A DNA stretch of 63,633 bases, counting the filler, from Dicyema japonicum (Eukaryota; Animalia; Dicyemida): assembly GCA_011109175.1 (NCBI GenBank). It is 4 parts of 4 records of this genome, joined end to end, with 100 filler letters (N's around TTAATTAATTAA, not from the genome) between each part and the next. Parts side by side here need not be neighbours in the genome. Positions count along the whole stretch, not along the records: positions 24,409 to 52,753 come from RDEW01000002.1; 3 more parts are not named here. One strand, 5' to 3'. A program made the translations under genes and the position numbers. The notes beneath the pieces were generated by a model. It saw nothing but the letters and a program-made list of their open reading frames with translations. It did no database searches and had not been told where the DNA came from. Below are positions 38,296 through 52,500 of the stretch, piece after piece; position 1 is the first letter of the stretch, and each line of letters starts with the position of its first letter.

Positions 38296-40289
38296 TTTTT
38301 TTGATTTACATTATTAATGGATAAAAAATCAATAAATCTCTCGAATNNNNNNNNNNNNNNNNNNNNNNNNNNNNNNNNNNNNNNNNNNNNNNNNNNNNNN
38401 NNNNNNNNNNNNNNNNNNNNNNNNNNNNNNNNNNNNNNNNNNNNNNNNNNNNNNNNNNNNNNNNNNNNNNNNNNNNNNNNNNNNNNNNNNNNNNNNNNNN
38501 NNNNNNNNNNNNNNNNNNNNNNNNNNNNNNNNNNNNNNNNNNNNNNNNNNNNNNNNNNNNNNNNNNNNNNNNNNNNNNNNNNNNNNNNNNNNNNNNNNNN
38601 NNNNNNNNNNNNNNNNNNNNNNNNNNNNNNNNNNNNNNNNNNNNNNNNNNNNNNNNNNNNNNNNNNNNNNNNNNNNNNNNNNNNNNNNNNNNNNNNNNNN
38701 NNNNNNNNNNNNNNNNNNNNNNNNNNNNNNNNNNNNNNNNNNNNNNNNNNNNNNNNNNNNNNNNNNNNNNNNNNNNNNNNNNNNNNNNNNNNNNNNNNNN
38801 NNNNNNNNNNNNNNNNNNNNNNNNNNNNNNNNNNNNNNNNNNNNNNNNNNNNNNNNNNNNNNNNNNNNNNNNNNNNNNNNNNNNNNNNNNNNNNNNNNNN
38901 NNNNNNNNNNNNNNNNNNNNNNNNNNNNNNNNNNNNNNNNNNNNNNNNNNNNNNNNNNNNNNNNNNNNNNNNNNNNNNNNNNNNNNNNNNNNNNNNNNNN
39001 NNNNNNNNNNNNNNNNNNNNNNNNNNNNNNNNNNNNNNNNNNNNNNNNNNNNNNNNNNNNNNNNNNNNNNNNNNNNNNNNNNNNNNNNNNNNNNNNNNNN
39101 NNNNNNNNNNNNNNNNNNNNNNNNNNNNNNNNNNNNNNNNNNNNNNNNNNNNNNNNNNNNCTCATTCCAAGAAGAGTGATTACCTAAATTTGGATTAAAA
39201 TTCTACTTATGATAATTTAATATAACTATGTCAACATGAAATTATATATTCTCAACACAATCTTTTAATTACCCCATGATCTGTCACTGAATGAAAATCC
39301 GGCTCCTGCTTGTAGCTGTGACAATAGTTGAATCAAAATGTTATGAAATTCGGCAAAATCTCCAAAATCGACGTTTGCAGTGACATCAGTTAACCTTTCT
39401 GAAGCTAAAGAGGACCGATTTCGTTTTTCGGCAGAGAGGACACCAGCATTGAATTCGTATATTTTATTTTTCTAAAATTTAAATTTCATGTTAAACTGAT
39501 TTCAATCTTTTATTGGACAAATATCTGATTCCTTTCCCCGAATTTTTAATTTCCGAGTCCCACGGTGGAATGTTCTCTTTATTTGACTCATCACAATCTG
39601 AGGTTGCATTCTCGCGCATTGAATTCGTATATTTTATTTTTCTAAAATTTAAATTTCATGTCAAACTGATTTCAATCTTTTATTGGACAAATATCTGATT
39701 CCTTTCCCCGAATTTTTAATTTCCGAGTCCCAAGGTGGAATGTTCTCTTTATTTGACTCATCACAATCTGAGGTTGCATTCTCGCAGAATGGACTGTTTG
39801 AACACATCGCTCGTGAAACTCAAAACTTACATAATCTTCGTTGTGGGCGCTTATATAATTCTTGCATTCCCGCACGGATAAATCGATTATTAAAAAAATT
39901 AAATTTTAATTCTAATTTAATTTTAAGTGAGTCTGTGATTTCGACTTTATTTTCATGGTGATTTCGAATCTAAATTTCACATTTGTGTTTAATTCCCGGG
40001 GTCATGTAATTATTTTGAGACAACTCATATTGTCTTGTAGGAACATTGTAGTTTTATTACTTCGAAACAATGCGAGGACATTTGTTAGATAATTCGTTTG
40101 TTAGAAATTTATCCCAAAATTAATTATTTTACTATTCAATACATTTACATAAAAATGATAAATTGGAAATTCGTGTATTTTGGGTAAGAAGGATCCAAGT
40201 TAGAGATTCCTTTGCTTCCCCTGGACTACCAGGAAAATGGAGAATATTTGAGAGCGGCTTGGCTTCATAATGGTCGCCAGCTCTTTGCA

Positions 40290-42975
40290 TGTTACCGATG
40301 TTGGGGTTAAAAAAATGCTAACAAATTATTCCATCGGGATTCCAGTACTTCTAAGCTGATAGGTCTAGTGCTGCATCTCTTATATAAACCATTCCTCGAT
40401 ATTCTCGTAGGCCAAGTAGTTCCTATTATTTTTCTCAGCTGACCTCTGTGGAACGAGTCCAGTTTTTCCATATCCGCTGATGAGGTCGACCAAGTTCCAG
40501 CGCTACATAAAAGTACGGGTTTTATGAATGAGTCGGATAATAGGATTCTCATTTTCAATACCTCTTTGATTGAGTCATAGATTCTTCATTTTATATGAGG
40601 CAGCATTGGCTAGAGTTTTCCTACGTAAAATAGCTTCGCTATCTCCCATAAGTGAACCGAGTTTCTTTACTTGTTGCTACTTCTCTTCTAGGACGTTACT
40701 CATCCTTCTTATCTCTGTGAGATCTGTTTTCTTTCTGTTCACATTAAGAAACCACTTCCCTAGTACATCTGGTGCTTTTTCTAATAGGTTTTCCAGGATT
40801 TCTGTCTTCAGAAATTAGGTCTACATCGTCCGCGTAGATCACTTCTTCCGTCTTTCCTTAGTATAACGGTCTAAGTTCCCTCATAGCGCCTTCCAAATAA
40901 ATTGTGAATAGTAGAGGAGAAAGAGAGTCTCCTTGTGGAGTGCCCATGTTTGTTTCAAATTTTTTTGAATAGTTCTTTCGAACTCTCACAAGGAGCTCAG
41001 TGTTAGAAAGTAAAATTCGAGTCATCCTTAGACTCGACTCATCAAGAAATCCGCTCAGTACCCCTATTAATTTGTTCCTTTTAACCCTATAAAAAGCTCT
41101 TGATAGGTCAATTTCCAGAATATTGGTGGCGTTACGGTACCTTTGATATGTTGCACACCTCCATATGTGACTCCAGACCGCATCAGCTGTGGATCTCCCT
41201 TCTCGAAACCACTTTTACTATCTGGTAGGTATTTGTAAGCAGATCCTTTTATTCTTTCAAGCACAATGTTTGCCAAGACTTTGCGTAATGAATTTAGTAG
41301 TATGATGGGTCGCAAATTTCCGAGTGGTCCTCTGGTTTTGTTGATTTTTTGTATGGGGATTAGTAGTCCCGAACCCAGAGGTAGAGTTGAGTTAGTTGAA
41401 AACATTTCATTTAGTAGTGTAGAGATTTTTTCAAAAAGTGCGTCAGGGCCGTATTTAAGTAATTCTGGGTTTATCGCATTTGATCCGGGGCTTCTGTTAT
41501 TCTTGAGTTTTCGGCAGGCTTTTTTGATTTCCTCGGCCGTGATTGGTATCTCCAGGGGTCTTGGCCTTCCATCAAATGGATGGATTTCTATGGTTTTGAT
41601 GTTGAAAAGCTTCTCAAAGTGAGCCGCGAGGGCTTCAGTTTGTTCTTCGGTTTGTTCGCCGCAGCAAACGGGCAGCGACGTACACCTGTACGTTGTCTTT
41701 CACTTTGTTTACCTCTTCTACACAGGAAGCTATTTCTTCTAGGAATAGCTTTTTGTTCAGACCCTTTATTATACTTCTGACACGTTGCCTTTTGCCATGA
41801 AGGATTTTTATCGTATTAGCGTTAGTGGCATTTGATTTTATCATGTTTACTTCTTTTAAACTTTTCCCCAGCTCAAGTACATCTGGATGAATAGCCTTCA
41901 TGTGCAATTTAATATTCTCCCATTTGCAAGGACATGCCTCAGCAGGTTCGTTGATGGTGTCCTTTGTGCGTTTCCACGCGTTTTTTAACAAGGTATCCAC
42001 CAATACGTACTGCACATGAGTCTGAAGGTATTGTTGATATTTCTCAGTAGTCTCCGGTTAGGAAATCAGCCTTTCAGTCTCGTAGACGCCTCTGATTTTC
42101 TCAAAATTCGTGATTTTTGGCATTCTTGTATTTGAAGGCATGTTTTTTCAGGGTGAAGGTCGCAAAACCATCTTGTGGTCGCTGACAGTCGTCGAGCCTT
42201 CATATGAGCGTGCGTTTACTAGAAGGTGTTGTCTTTAGCCCGGCATATGACATAATCTATATGGTTGTATATTGGGACCAGCATTCACTGAGTTCCTTCG
42301 CTTCCCCATCCACGTAGTTTTGAGGTTGTTTGCCATACAAAAGTGACCAAGTATTGTCCCGGGTAGGTTTCTTATTCCACGTCCATGTTATCCCAAGAAA
42401 ACATCATCCGGGTTATTCTTCATCCGGATTTTCGCATTCAAATCCCCAGCAATGAGTATTAGTGATGACGACTCATATTCGTTGTACGTCCGTAACAGTG
42501 TTGAATAGAAGTCGTCAAGTTCTACCGAATATTTAGCTACTTTCCCGCAGTGTGGCGCATAAACATTTACAATTGTCAGAAAGCTCTTCGAATGAGGTAA
42601 GTCGTTTAAACGGATTTGTATAACACAGATCCTATCATTCACACTCCATATACGGTGGACTGCACTTGTCAACTTTGATTAAATGGCAAATCCAAGTCCA
42701 AATATTTTGAGTCGCTCGGTTAACACATTATTCGATATTCGCCATAGTTCTCATCAAGGATACAAGTAACTTTCGTCTCTTGTAGGCATCCAATAGATAG
42801 GTTGTATCTCTCCAGGTCGTCACAGAGAATCTTCCTCGACCAGGTCGTAGATAAGCCTCTAACATTGAACGTAAGGACCTTTAGACGAGATGCATCCCTT
42901 TGTATCCCTTGCCTTTTAGACATTTTTTCTTAATTATGATCCAATTAAAAAACGAGGCACGTCACCACCTCACCA
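40290..42975 (-). mobile_element. Near full-length degraded RTE-clade non-LTR retrotransposon (APE + RT)
   Basis: TFNVRGL, CLQETK, NVYAPH, AGDLNAK, NLRPIILLN, GTPQGDSLSPLLF, IYADDV (about 40823-40840), KLDSFHRGQLRKI. Confidence 0.92.
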
Positions 42976-43059
42976 TACTCTTGGGGATATATAAAAACTT
43001 TGACGAACGTTTTCTAGATTTTTTGATATTACATTTTTTACGTCAATAAATGTATAATT

Positions 43060-43350
43060 CATTTTGAAACAAGTTCAAATGGAGATTGTAGAAATTCAAA
43101 ATGACACCCAATTGAAAGAAAAGCATGCTAAAGTTGGAATTCCAGAATTATATAAATTGCTTCAATGTAAAAGATTTTCTCAACCATATGCTTTATCTTT
43201 ACGAATATATGTTTGGTAATACTTACGTATGCGAACAATTTTTTTTAACAATGAAATTAAATAAATCCTCCTGGCAACTTTAAAAGAATATAATCTGAAG
43301 CCAGACATCGAATCATTGCTTTTCCAATAGGCGTTGTCAAAAATCGTGGA
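43060..43350 (+). mobile_element. hAT (GTF2IRD2/SPIN-like) C-terminal dimerisation fragment
   Basis: QVQMEIVEIQND...MFGNTYVCEQFFLTMKLNKS...KPDIESL. Confidence 0.75.
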
Positions 43351-46300
43351 ATATTAATTAATAAATTGTTTTACGTTTAAATAATAAATAAATTCATGTG
43401 GTGCTTTGGTGCGTATCATCATGAAGCGCCGTTCACATAATAGAGCAACACATATTATACTCAAGACATTTGACACTACATGCTCTTCATACGGTTATGA
43501 CAATGCACGCAAATATGGACTTTTCTGCTCGTCTTGCGGTGACTTTTTCATTTCGGATCCATAAAGATGTCTCAGCTGGCTGCATAATCGTTCTGCCTGT
43601 GGAACTGCAGTGTCTGCATGGCCAATTCTGTTTAACAGGGTCAGTGATCTTTTTTATTAATACAAAATAAAAAGTTAATACAGAGGCCCTGAATGACCAT
43701 ATTACCACCGTTACCTGTAGTACCATGCGACATCAACTAATTATTTTTTTGTGATAGTATATCACAGGCGCTACGGATTACCGAGCTCTACGCGTTACCC
43801 AAGTGGACATAAATTATCGACAATAAGATTAACAAATTCCATGACAACCTTCATTAACCAGCTCACTATAAGTTTCGAGATTTTTATTAAAAATTGAAAA
43901 AATCAATTTAATCACCTCCTTTTTACTTTTATCATCATTAAAAAGACGTTCAAGATTTCTGAAATAGAAAATATTTTTTTCTTGATTGAACAAATGAAGT
44001 ACATCATAATTATTTACGAGGAAGGACTATATATAGAGGCATCCTAAGCAATATGAAAATAAGAAATATTAATTAAAACATTCATATAATTATCGACAAA
44101 TATAAATATAAGCTGCGTGTCTCAGAAAGACAAATAGGAATATAAATTTTCATTAATATCCCTATGAAAATACACTTCAATCTATGCAGGAGGTTTGACC
44201 TCAAGTAAAAAAATAACGTAAAAAGTTAGTCAATTCCTACGCAAGTATAAAAATACATAGTTATAGGTAAAATAAAAATGCAGACCTCAACACGACTCAA
44301 TAAATATGATTTTTTAATATACTTTCACAAAGCTAAAAAAATCACGTCACGTTAATAATGGAAGCAAAAAAATAACAACCGCAAAACACTAACTTTATAA
44401 TTATGAATTTTATACTCGTAAATAAAACAAGGTTAGATATACGCAAATTTCAAGCATATCGTTAGATATTTTTTACAAAAACTTTAAATTTCCAAAATTA
44501 AATAATCTAACCAATAGAAACGTAGACATTTGTGGAAGAAAGCCCTAGAATAAAATAATCAACGGTGATAGTTGGATCACAAATACTAAACAGCAGATAA
44601 ATAACACCAACGTAATCTGTCATGCATCAATTCAGCCGGAAACAGCTAAAATAAGCAAAAAGAACAAACCTTTTTAATTAAATGTGGAAACATGTAAACT
44701 ACATCAGCACTAATACTAAACAGCAGATAAAAAACACCAACGTAATCTGTCATGCATCAATTCAGCCGGAAACAGCTAAAATAAGCAAAAAGAACAAACC
44801 TTTTTAATTAAATGTGGAAACATGTAAACTACATCAGCACTCATACCACTTTTCCGCAAGAGACAAACAATTCCCTCCAATTTTAAAATTGTCTTGCTCA
44901 TGACAACAGTATGAGTGACGTACAATTGGTAAATAAACCAACGCAGAATGCAATCAATGTGGCTAATCCTAACCTATTAAACTTCATTCTAAATATTTAA
45001 GTAACATCTATCAAAGCAAATATTTCTTTGTGAGAAACTGAAGTATTAGGGGAAAGTAGCTTGTTTGAAATATCAGCAGGGAAATTCTTGTTAAAATAGA
45101 ATCTTAATTCTTCCAAATGCAGATCACTCGGTTTGTCAAATTTCCATTTTGTGTACTATTTTAATAAAACTGGGAAATACAGTCACTTGTTTTGTCATGG
45201 AAGGAAAATTTTAAAATTAAAAGTGATAAACAAATTGTATATTTCCTTCCTGTTGATCTTCGTCAGAAGTATTCTAAATATTAAAATTTATCAATTACAA
45301 TAGTTATTCGGTCTTTGCTTTTGAATTTCTGAATAAGAGGTGTCGCATCCTTTTAGGTGTCGCAATTTCTTTGAAAGTTGGTTACGGAGATACAAAAAAT
45401 ATAGATGAANAATATTTAAGTAACATCTATCAAAGCAAATATTTTTTTGTGAGAAACTGAAGTATTAGGGGAAAGTAGCTTGTTTGAAATATCAGCAGGG
45501 AAATTCTTGTTAAAATAGAATCTTAGTTCTTCCAAATGCAGATCACTCGGTTTGTCAAATTTCCATTTTGTGTACCATTTTAATAAAACTGGGAAATACA
45601 GTCACCTGTTTTGTCATGGAAGGAAAATTTTAAAATTAAAAGTGATAAATAAATTGTATATTTCCTTCCTGTTAATCTTCGTCAGAAGTATTCTAAATAT
45701 CAAAATTTATCAATTACAATAGTTATTCGGTCTTTGCTTTTGAATTTTTGAATAAGAGGTGTCGCATCCTTTTAGGCGTCGCAATTTCTTTGAAAGTTGG
45801 TTACGGAGATACAAAAAATATCGATAGATGAACTTTGTGGTCTCAATAAGTATAAATGTGTTTTTTTCATCCAAAACTATTAGCAATTTTTCAAATAACT
45901 CATCAGAGTTTGTCTAAAGTTATAACAATAAAAAAGTAGTGTAAGCTATTATAATGATTAATTACAAGAAAATATTTCCCAGATTATAATTGTGACTAAA
46001 AAAGACAAATAAAATATTTGAGGTTAATTGTATGAAGCACAAAAACGCAAAAAAATATAATAAATAAACCAATTTTAAAGACAAATCAGACAGGTGTTGA
46101 ATGATTTCAGATTTCACATGACCTGCAGCCTTAAGTAAAGTCAATATGGTCTAAGAAATAACATAAATTTCGAACAATATGAGAAAAGGTTTTAAATTGG
46201 TCACCAAAGTTTAGATGGATCGTCTCCACCATTCTGATTAAGACATGGCTCTTGTCTTTGGTAAATAACATAAATTTCGAACAATATGAGAAAAGGTTTT

Positions 46301-46759
46301 AAATTGGTCACCAAAGTTTAGATGGATCGTCTCCACCATTCTGATTAAGACATGGCTCTTGTCTTTGGTAGTGACCTAAATAACAAATATTATTGAATAC
46401 TTTCATAATATTTCTGTAAAGGGCTTTGAGATTTTCGTCAATAGAAATCGGAAAATTAAAATTTGACGAAAGCTTTTGTAGTTCCGATAATTGTTCATAT
46501 CTTTCAGTATATTGTCTTGATGTCTATTTTAAAGTATCGAAGTTCAACTAATTTTTCGGAATATTCTGAACTCTTAGGTATAGTTAGTATTACTTCTTCC
46601 ATGGTTAATATCACACCAGAATGAATGAAAATGCCACTATTTATTATATATTTTTAATTAATTAATTTCAAATATAATAAAATAAAACAATAAAAGTTGG
46701 GTTTTGGGAAATTTTGGTTTGGGGAAAAAAATGATGCTGGGGATCGACTGATCCAATTC

Positions 46760-47860
46760 TGTCAGGAAAATAGATTTCAGATAACTAACACATGGTTCAA
46801 GCAGCACAAACTTGGACGTCGCCAAATGGAATGTCTAGGAACCAATTAATTATATTTTATGTGCCAAACGCTGGAAAAGCTTTATAACAGCCGTCAAAAC
46901 ATATCCAGGGGCAGACTGTGGAACAGACCATCAGCTACTTGTTGCAAAATTAAGACGAAATTCAGTAACACCTGGAATATCTCCGAGTAAAGAAATTCGA
47001 TGTCTTAAACATACAACCAGAATACGCAATAGAAGATAAGTACAATATTGGATTACTAGATTCGAACGGAAGGATGCCTGATGAATTATGGAATGATATG
47101 CAGTTGGTTATCAGGAACGCTGCAATAAAACATGTCAAATACAAAACGCCGACCAAGCGCTCTGAGTGGCTCTCTGTCAATACCCTAAACATTGCTGAGG
47201 CTCGTAAATCTGCTAAAGTCTCTGAATACAAAACGCCGACCAAGCGCTCTGAGTGGCTCTCTGTCAATACCCTAAACATTGCTGAGGCTCGTAAATCTGC
47301 TAAAGTCTCTGGAAATACAGACGAGGCAAGAAAACTTAACTTATAATTCAAAAAGGCAGCCAGGAAGGATAAAGAAGACTACTGGAGGTTACGCTGCAAA
47401 AAATGGAAGATGACTGTAAAAGAGGTCACACTAGGAATGCGCATTTACAACTAAAAAGATTACGAACCGCCTTTGGCCACGCGAACTGAAAATATCTATA
47501 TTTATTCCAATACCGAAAAAAGGGGATAACAAGGACTGTTCAAACTATCGTACAATAGCCTTAATTCCACACGTCAGCAAAATACTTCTAGAGATAATAC
47601 AACAACGTCTAATGCCAAATGCCGAAATGATTCTACCGGATGTCCAAGCAGGATTCAGGAAGGGACGAGGCACACGTGACCATATAGCAAATGTCCGGTG
47701 GATTATGGAGAAAGCCCATGAATCCCAAAAGAATGCATGCATGTACTTCATTGACTATCGGAAAGCTTTTGATTCCGCTATTCATGACAAGCTGTGGTCC
47801 GCTTTAAAAGAATTTGAATTCGATGTCTATCTGATATTGCTTATCAAACCTCTTTAACAC
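46760..47860 (+). mobile_element. RTE/BovB-like LINE internal fragment
   Basis: KTYPGADCGTDHQLL, NYRTIALIPHVSKILL and QAGFRKGRGTRDHI...FIDYRKAFDS. Confidence 0.9.
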
Positions 47861-48136
47861 TCTGTGAGCGAAGGTAGTTTTCCTGCTATTAATATTTCAA
47901 TATATCTGGGATACAGAAACACAATTAGGTTAATAATCCTGAAAAAAAGTAAATCGATTTTTGAAGTATATTATAGTTGATTGACTAAATTTTTAAAGGT
48001 GATCAAGGTCTTTTGAAAATTGCATCATCAAATGGCCTGAGATCGGCAGGACTCTTTTCTAGGTAATCAACAAGCACGGGTAGTCCAGTTCATCTTCAAA
48101 GACAGACTAATTCTATTTTGAATTGCTTATTTAGCT

Positions 48137-48450
48137 GCGTGGTACCATGTGGTCCTTCATGGTTAATTGGTTGAAGTTTCTGTTTGTTCGTCTGTTCCTC
48201 CTCTCTCTTCCTATTAGAGTGGCGTCATGTGACCCACCTGTCTAGGTGGCGCCCAGTGTCAGGCGCCAAGGATCATTTGCTCTCCCCGACTCCACTAGAG
48301 GGGTTTCCACAACTCAAGTATGGACGTCTTACCCTTTATGTTGATTCCGGATGGACTCTGCTTCTGTAAATATGGAAACTGGATAAACTTAATTAGTTGT
48401 TTACTTTAACATATTTTTCGGTGTACCCGGGGTTAATAAATAAATAAATT
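48137..48450 (+). mobile_element. SINE-like subfamily B copy with partial P4 deletion
   Basis: Homologous to 51215-51533. Confidence 0.8.
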
Positions 48451-48747
48451 TATTTACACATGTTATGGCAGCTGACGCCTGACAAAAGAATTAGTTTGGG
48501 AAAAGGTCTTTGAATTCCTTATATTCCGTTCAAAACAGTCCTTTCAAAGAATGAACATTTCTGAAATGTTTATTGAAAAAATTAAATTTAACAGAAAAAC
48601 GGACAATGAAGAAAATTATCATACTTTTAATTTTACTTTGATCAACAGTCAAGAGAAGTATAAAAGGTTAAGTTTTAAATCGTCGCTAGTAGACACTGTC
48701 AACCATGTTCATAAACAAGTTATTCCTTGTGTAATTAANGGATATAC

Positions 48748-49576
<829 letters not shown>

Positions 49577-51214
49577 TGTGAAATCAGGCGACGTCAGCCC
49601 ATTAAGCGTTATTAGGTTTGCCAGTAAGAAGATAAATTAATTATACTTAATTAAACATCAAATATTTTTTTTTTACTTCGAGATTGATAAGATGATTTCA
49701 TTGTAAAATCAGGCGACGTCAGCCCATTAAGCGTTATTAGGTTTGCCAGTAAGAAGATAAATTAATTATACTTAATTAAACATCAAATATTTTTTTTTTA
49801 ATTTTAGTTATCGAATATTTAAATTCCCATTTTAAATATATTTTAAGCTTTTATTTTTCCTGGAAAATGTTTAGATAATAATTTTTTTCTGGAGAAATTT
49901 CTAAGAAGATCGGGCTACCCTGAAAAAGGCGTAGAGAGTGACGGCACAATGGATCAGCGAAGAGAAACGATTGCCACCGAACAATCAAGACGTTTTATTA
50001 TTCTTAACGGTGGAGGGTGCTTGTTGCACCGTGACTTCTCTGTCAAGCACGAAAATGCATGTTCTCAAGGAAGACTACAAATCAAGGACTGTTTGAACTG
50101 GAGAACCTAGAAAGGGGACCTTTTCAGAAGTCCGTCGCTTTATTACTCTAAAAGTCTTTTTTGCTATCTTCGATCTTAAAGGAATTTGTCCAGGAAGTGA
50201 ATGAACCCCATTAAGCGCATGCATAATGAATTTATTGCTTGTAGTAAACATAAAATCGAGTCAGATATTATGCCTTCTAAGAATTTAGTCAACTTTTTAA
50301 ATATGCCTCATAGTTTTTATATGCCCTTGGAAGGCAAAAAAATACGTTTGTGCTCCATCTGCCTTTGGTGTCTACAGATTTTTAAAAGGACTAGTTATTA
50401 TATCTATCCAAACAGATGGGAGTTATTCTTTTCTACGAAATTATGAATTGTTACTTTTTTCCAGAGACATCGAGCTAAACCATGACCCTCCCACTATGAC
50501 ATTCAACAGCATAACGTAAATAGGATAAAGTTAGAGATATTGGAGCTTTGTATGCTCCTATGAAAACATACTGTGGATGTTGCGCTTATTCAAGAATCAA
50601 AATTTGGTCCTCTTTCTACGAAGCTTTCCTTCCCAGTGTACATTGTCGGATGGTGATCGTCTTGGGGTAAATGTGCTCATCAAGTAAGCCACCGTTTCTT
50701 GAAAATGTCTCAGCTCGTTTCCACACAGAAACTCGATGAGGGACAGATTTCTATGGAAGAACCGTTCATTTTTAGTTTGTAATATAGACGGACATAGTGG
50801 ATTCCTTGGTCCTTGGCAGAACTGAAGGAACCCCGCAATTCCTTCGTGTCGACGAATCTAATAGACGAGTGTCGAGGGTATGGTCTGTTATATTTGGTAA
50901 AGGCGTAGTCTTTTTCTGTGAGAATCTGATTTTGTTTAATGTAAGTGCATACTTCTATCAGGCACAATTATTTGTCTATATTATTTCCTATACATTCTTT
51001 TAGGTTTTTCGTAACAATTGCATTGATGCTATGAATTATCTCACGCCGCGTGGTGCCATGTGGTGCTGCCTGGNCGTAGTCTTTTTCTGTGAGAATCTGA
51101 TTTTGTTTAATTTGAGTGCATACTTCTATCAGGCACAATTATTCGTCTATATTATTTCCTATACATTCTTGTAGGTTTTTCGTAACAATTGCATTGATGC
51201 TATGAATTATCTCA

Positions 51215-51533
51215 CGCCGCGTGGCGCCATGTGGTGCTGCCTGGTTAATTGGTTGAAGTTTTCTGCTTGCTTTCTGTTCCTCCTCTCTCTTCCTAATAGA
51301 GTGGCGTCATGTGATCCACCTATCTAAATGACGCCCAGTGCCAGGCCGGCATGAAAAAGGATCATTTGCTCTTCCCCACTCCACTGGAGGGGTTTCCACA
51401 ACTTCAAGTATACGTCTTTTACCCTTTATGTTGATTCCGGATGGACTCTGTTTATGTAGAAGTGGAAACTGGATACACGTAATTAGTTATTTACTTTAAC
51501 TTCTTTCTCGGTGTATCCGGGGTTAATAAATAA
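51215..51533 (+). mobile_element. SINE-like subfamily B, full-length copy
   Basis: tRNA-like head GCCGCGTGGCGCCATGTGG, core 51303-51363, AATAAATAAAT tail. Confidence 0.8.
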
Positions 51534-51534
51534 A

Positions 51535-52500
51535 TGCTATCCAACTTATGACACCCTTTCGTTAAGATTTTGTCTAAATTGCTAGTGAAAGTCATCCATC
51601 AGTGTGTCGAATGTCAAACCAAGGATTTTAGAATTCTTTGAAGCGGCTATAGGCACATATACCAGGCGGATTTCATAGACATCCTTGTAGCGACTGTCCA
51701 TCATGAATAGAGCGAAGGTATACTTTAATGACGACAAATGTAGTTTATCAAGTTTTTGCATTAAACTGCTTTTATATTTAAAAAAAAAAGATTATCAAGT
51801 GAAACCAATATCAAGGTTTGTCCGAACTACAGCGGTTGCCATGGAGGGAGGAGTCTGTCTCTAGAGAAGATGATGATATCGTCTGTATATGACAGAGTAA
51901 ATCGGAGGAAGCAGAAAGCCATGTAGGAGTCCGTTTGGAAACATTCGAGATCCCTACTTGCTATTCCTCGACATACTTTTCCACCCCAGCAAGATATGAA
52001 GTTTTCTAACTAAAGTTTGAGGTTGGATGTTGGAGTCAAAAATCTTTTCGGTAATTCCTCGAGACAAAGTCTAACGCCTTTTGAACGTCAATAGAAACCA
52101 TCGCTGTGCACATGAGGCCTTGGAGCTTTAAAGCTGTAAATAATAAATTTAGATAGGTGTGTTGTTGCAAAACTATCAATCAGAATCCATGAAGGAAAGA
52201 TCGCGTCTGCAAAATCTGGAATAATCATATAAGAAATTATTAAGCCAAAAAATCATTAGAAAGTAAGTTATTATAATGAAAACCATTAAGTTGTCCCAGC
52301 TTCCTCTCTTTGATCCAACTTTGTTCCGACGATTTCCCACGATAGATACACGCGCCGCCCGACCTAGAAAGGGGTTTTCCATGTCTTAACGCCGATTTTT
52401 CAATAGATATATTGGTTGCCTTTCTTCGATGTTGTTTTTTAGCTAGACCCCATAGTTTATAGTTTGGTCGATGTACTGTGTGTACAGTAGTTTTATCAGG
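51535..52500 (-). mobile_element. Degraded LINE RT
   Basis: LSYTDDIII (YADD-like) and ILGLTFD motifs. Confidence 0.55.

Noticed and set aside
38317-39198. Long ORFs made of X (also 55841-56179 and 60745-61846)
   Set aside because: These are translations of N gaps.
44990-45830. Larger direct duplications split by a single n (also near 31101, 51074, 59068 and 61959)
   Set aside because: Overlapping contig ends or haplotypes joined by the scaffolder.
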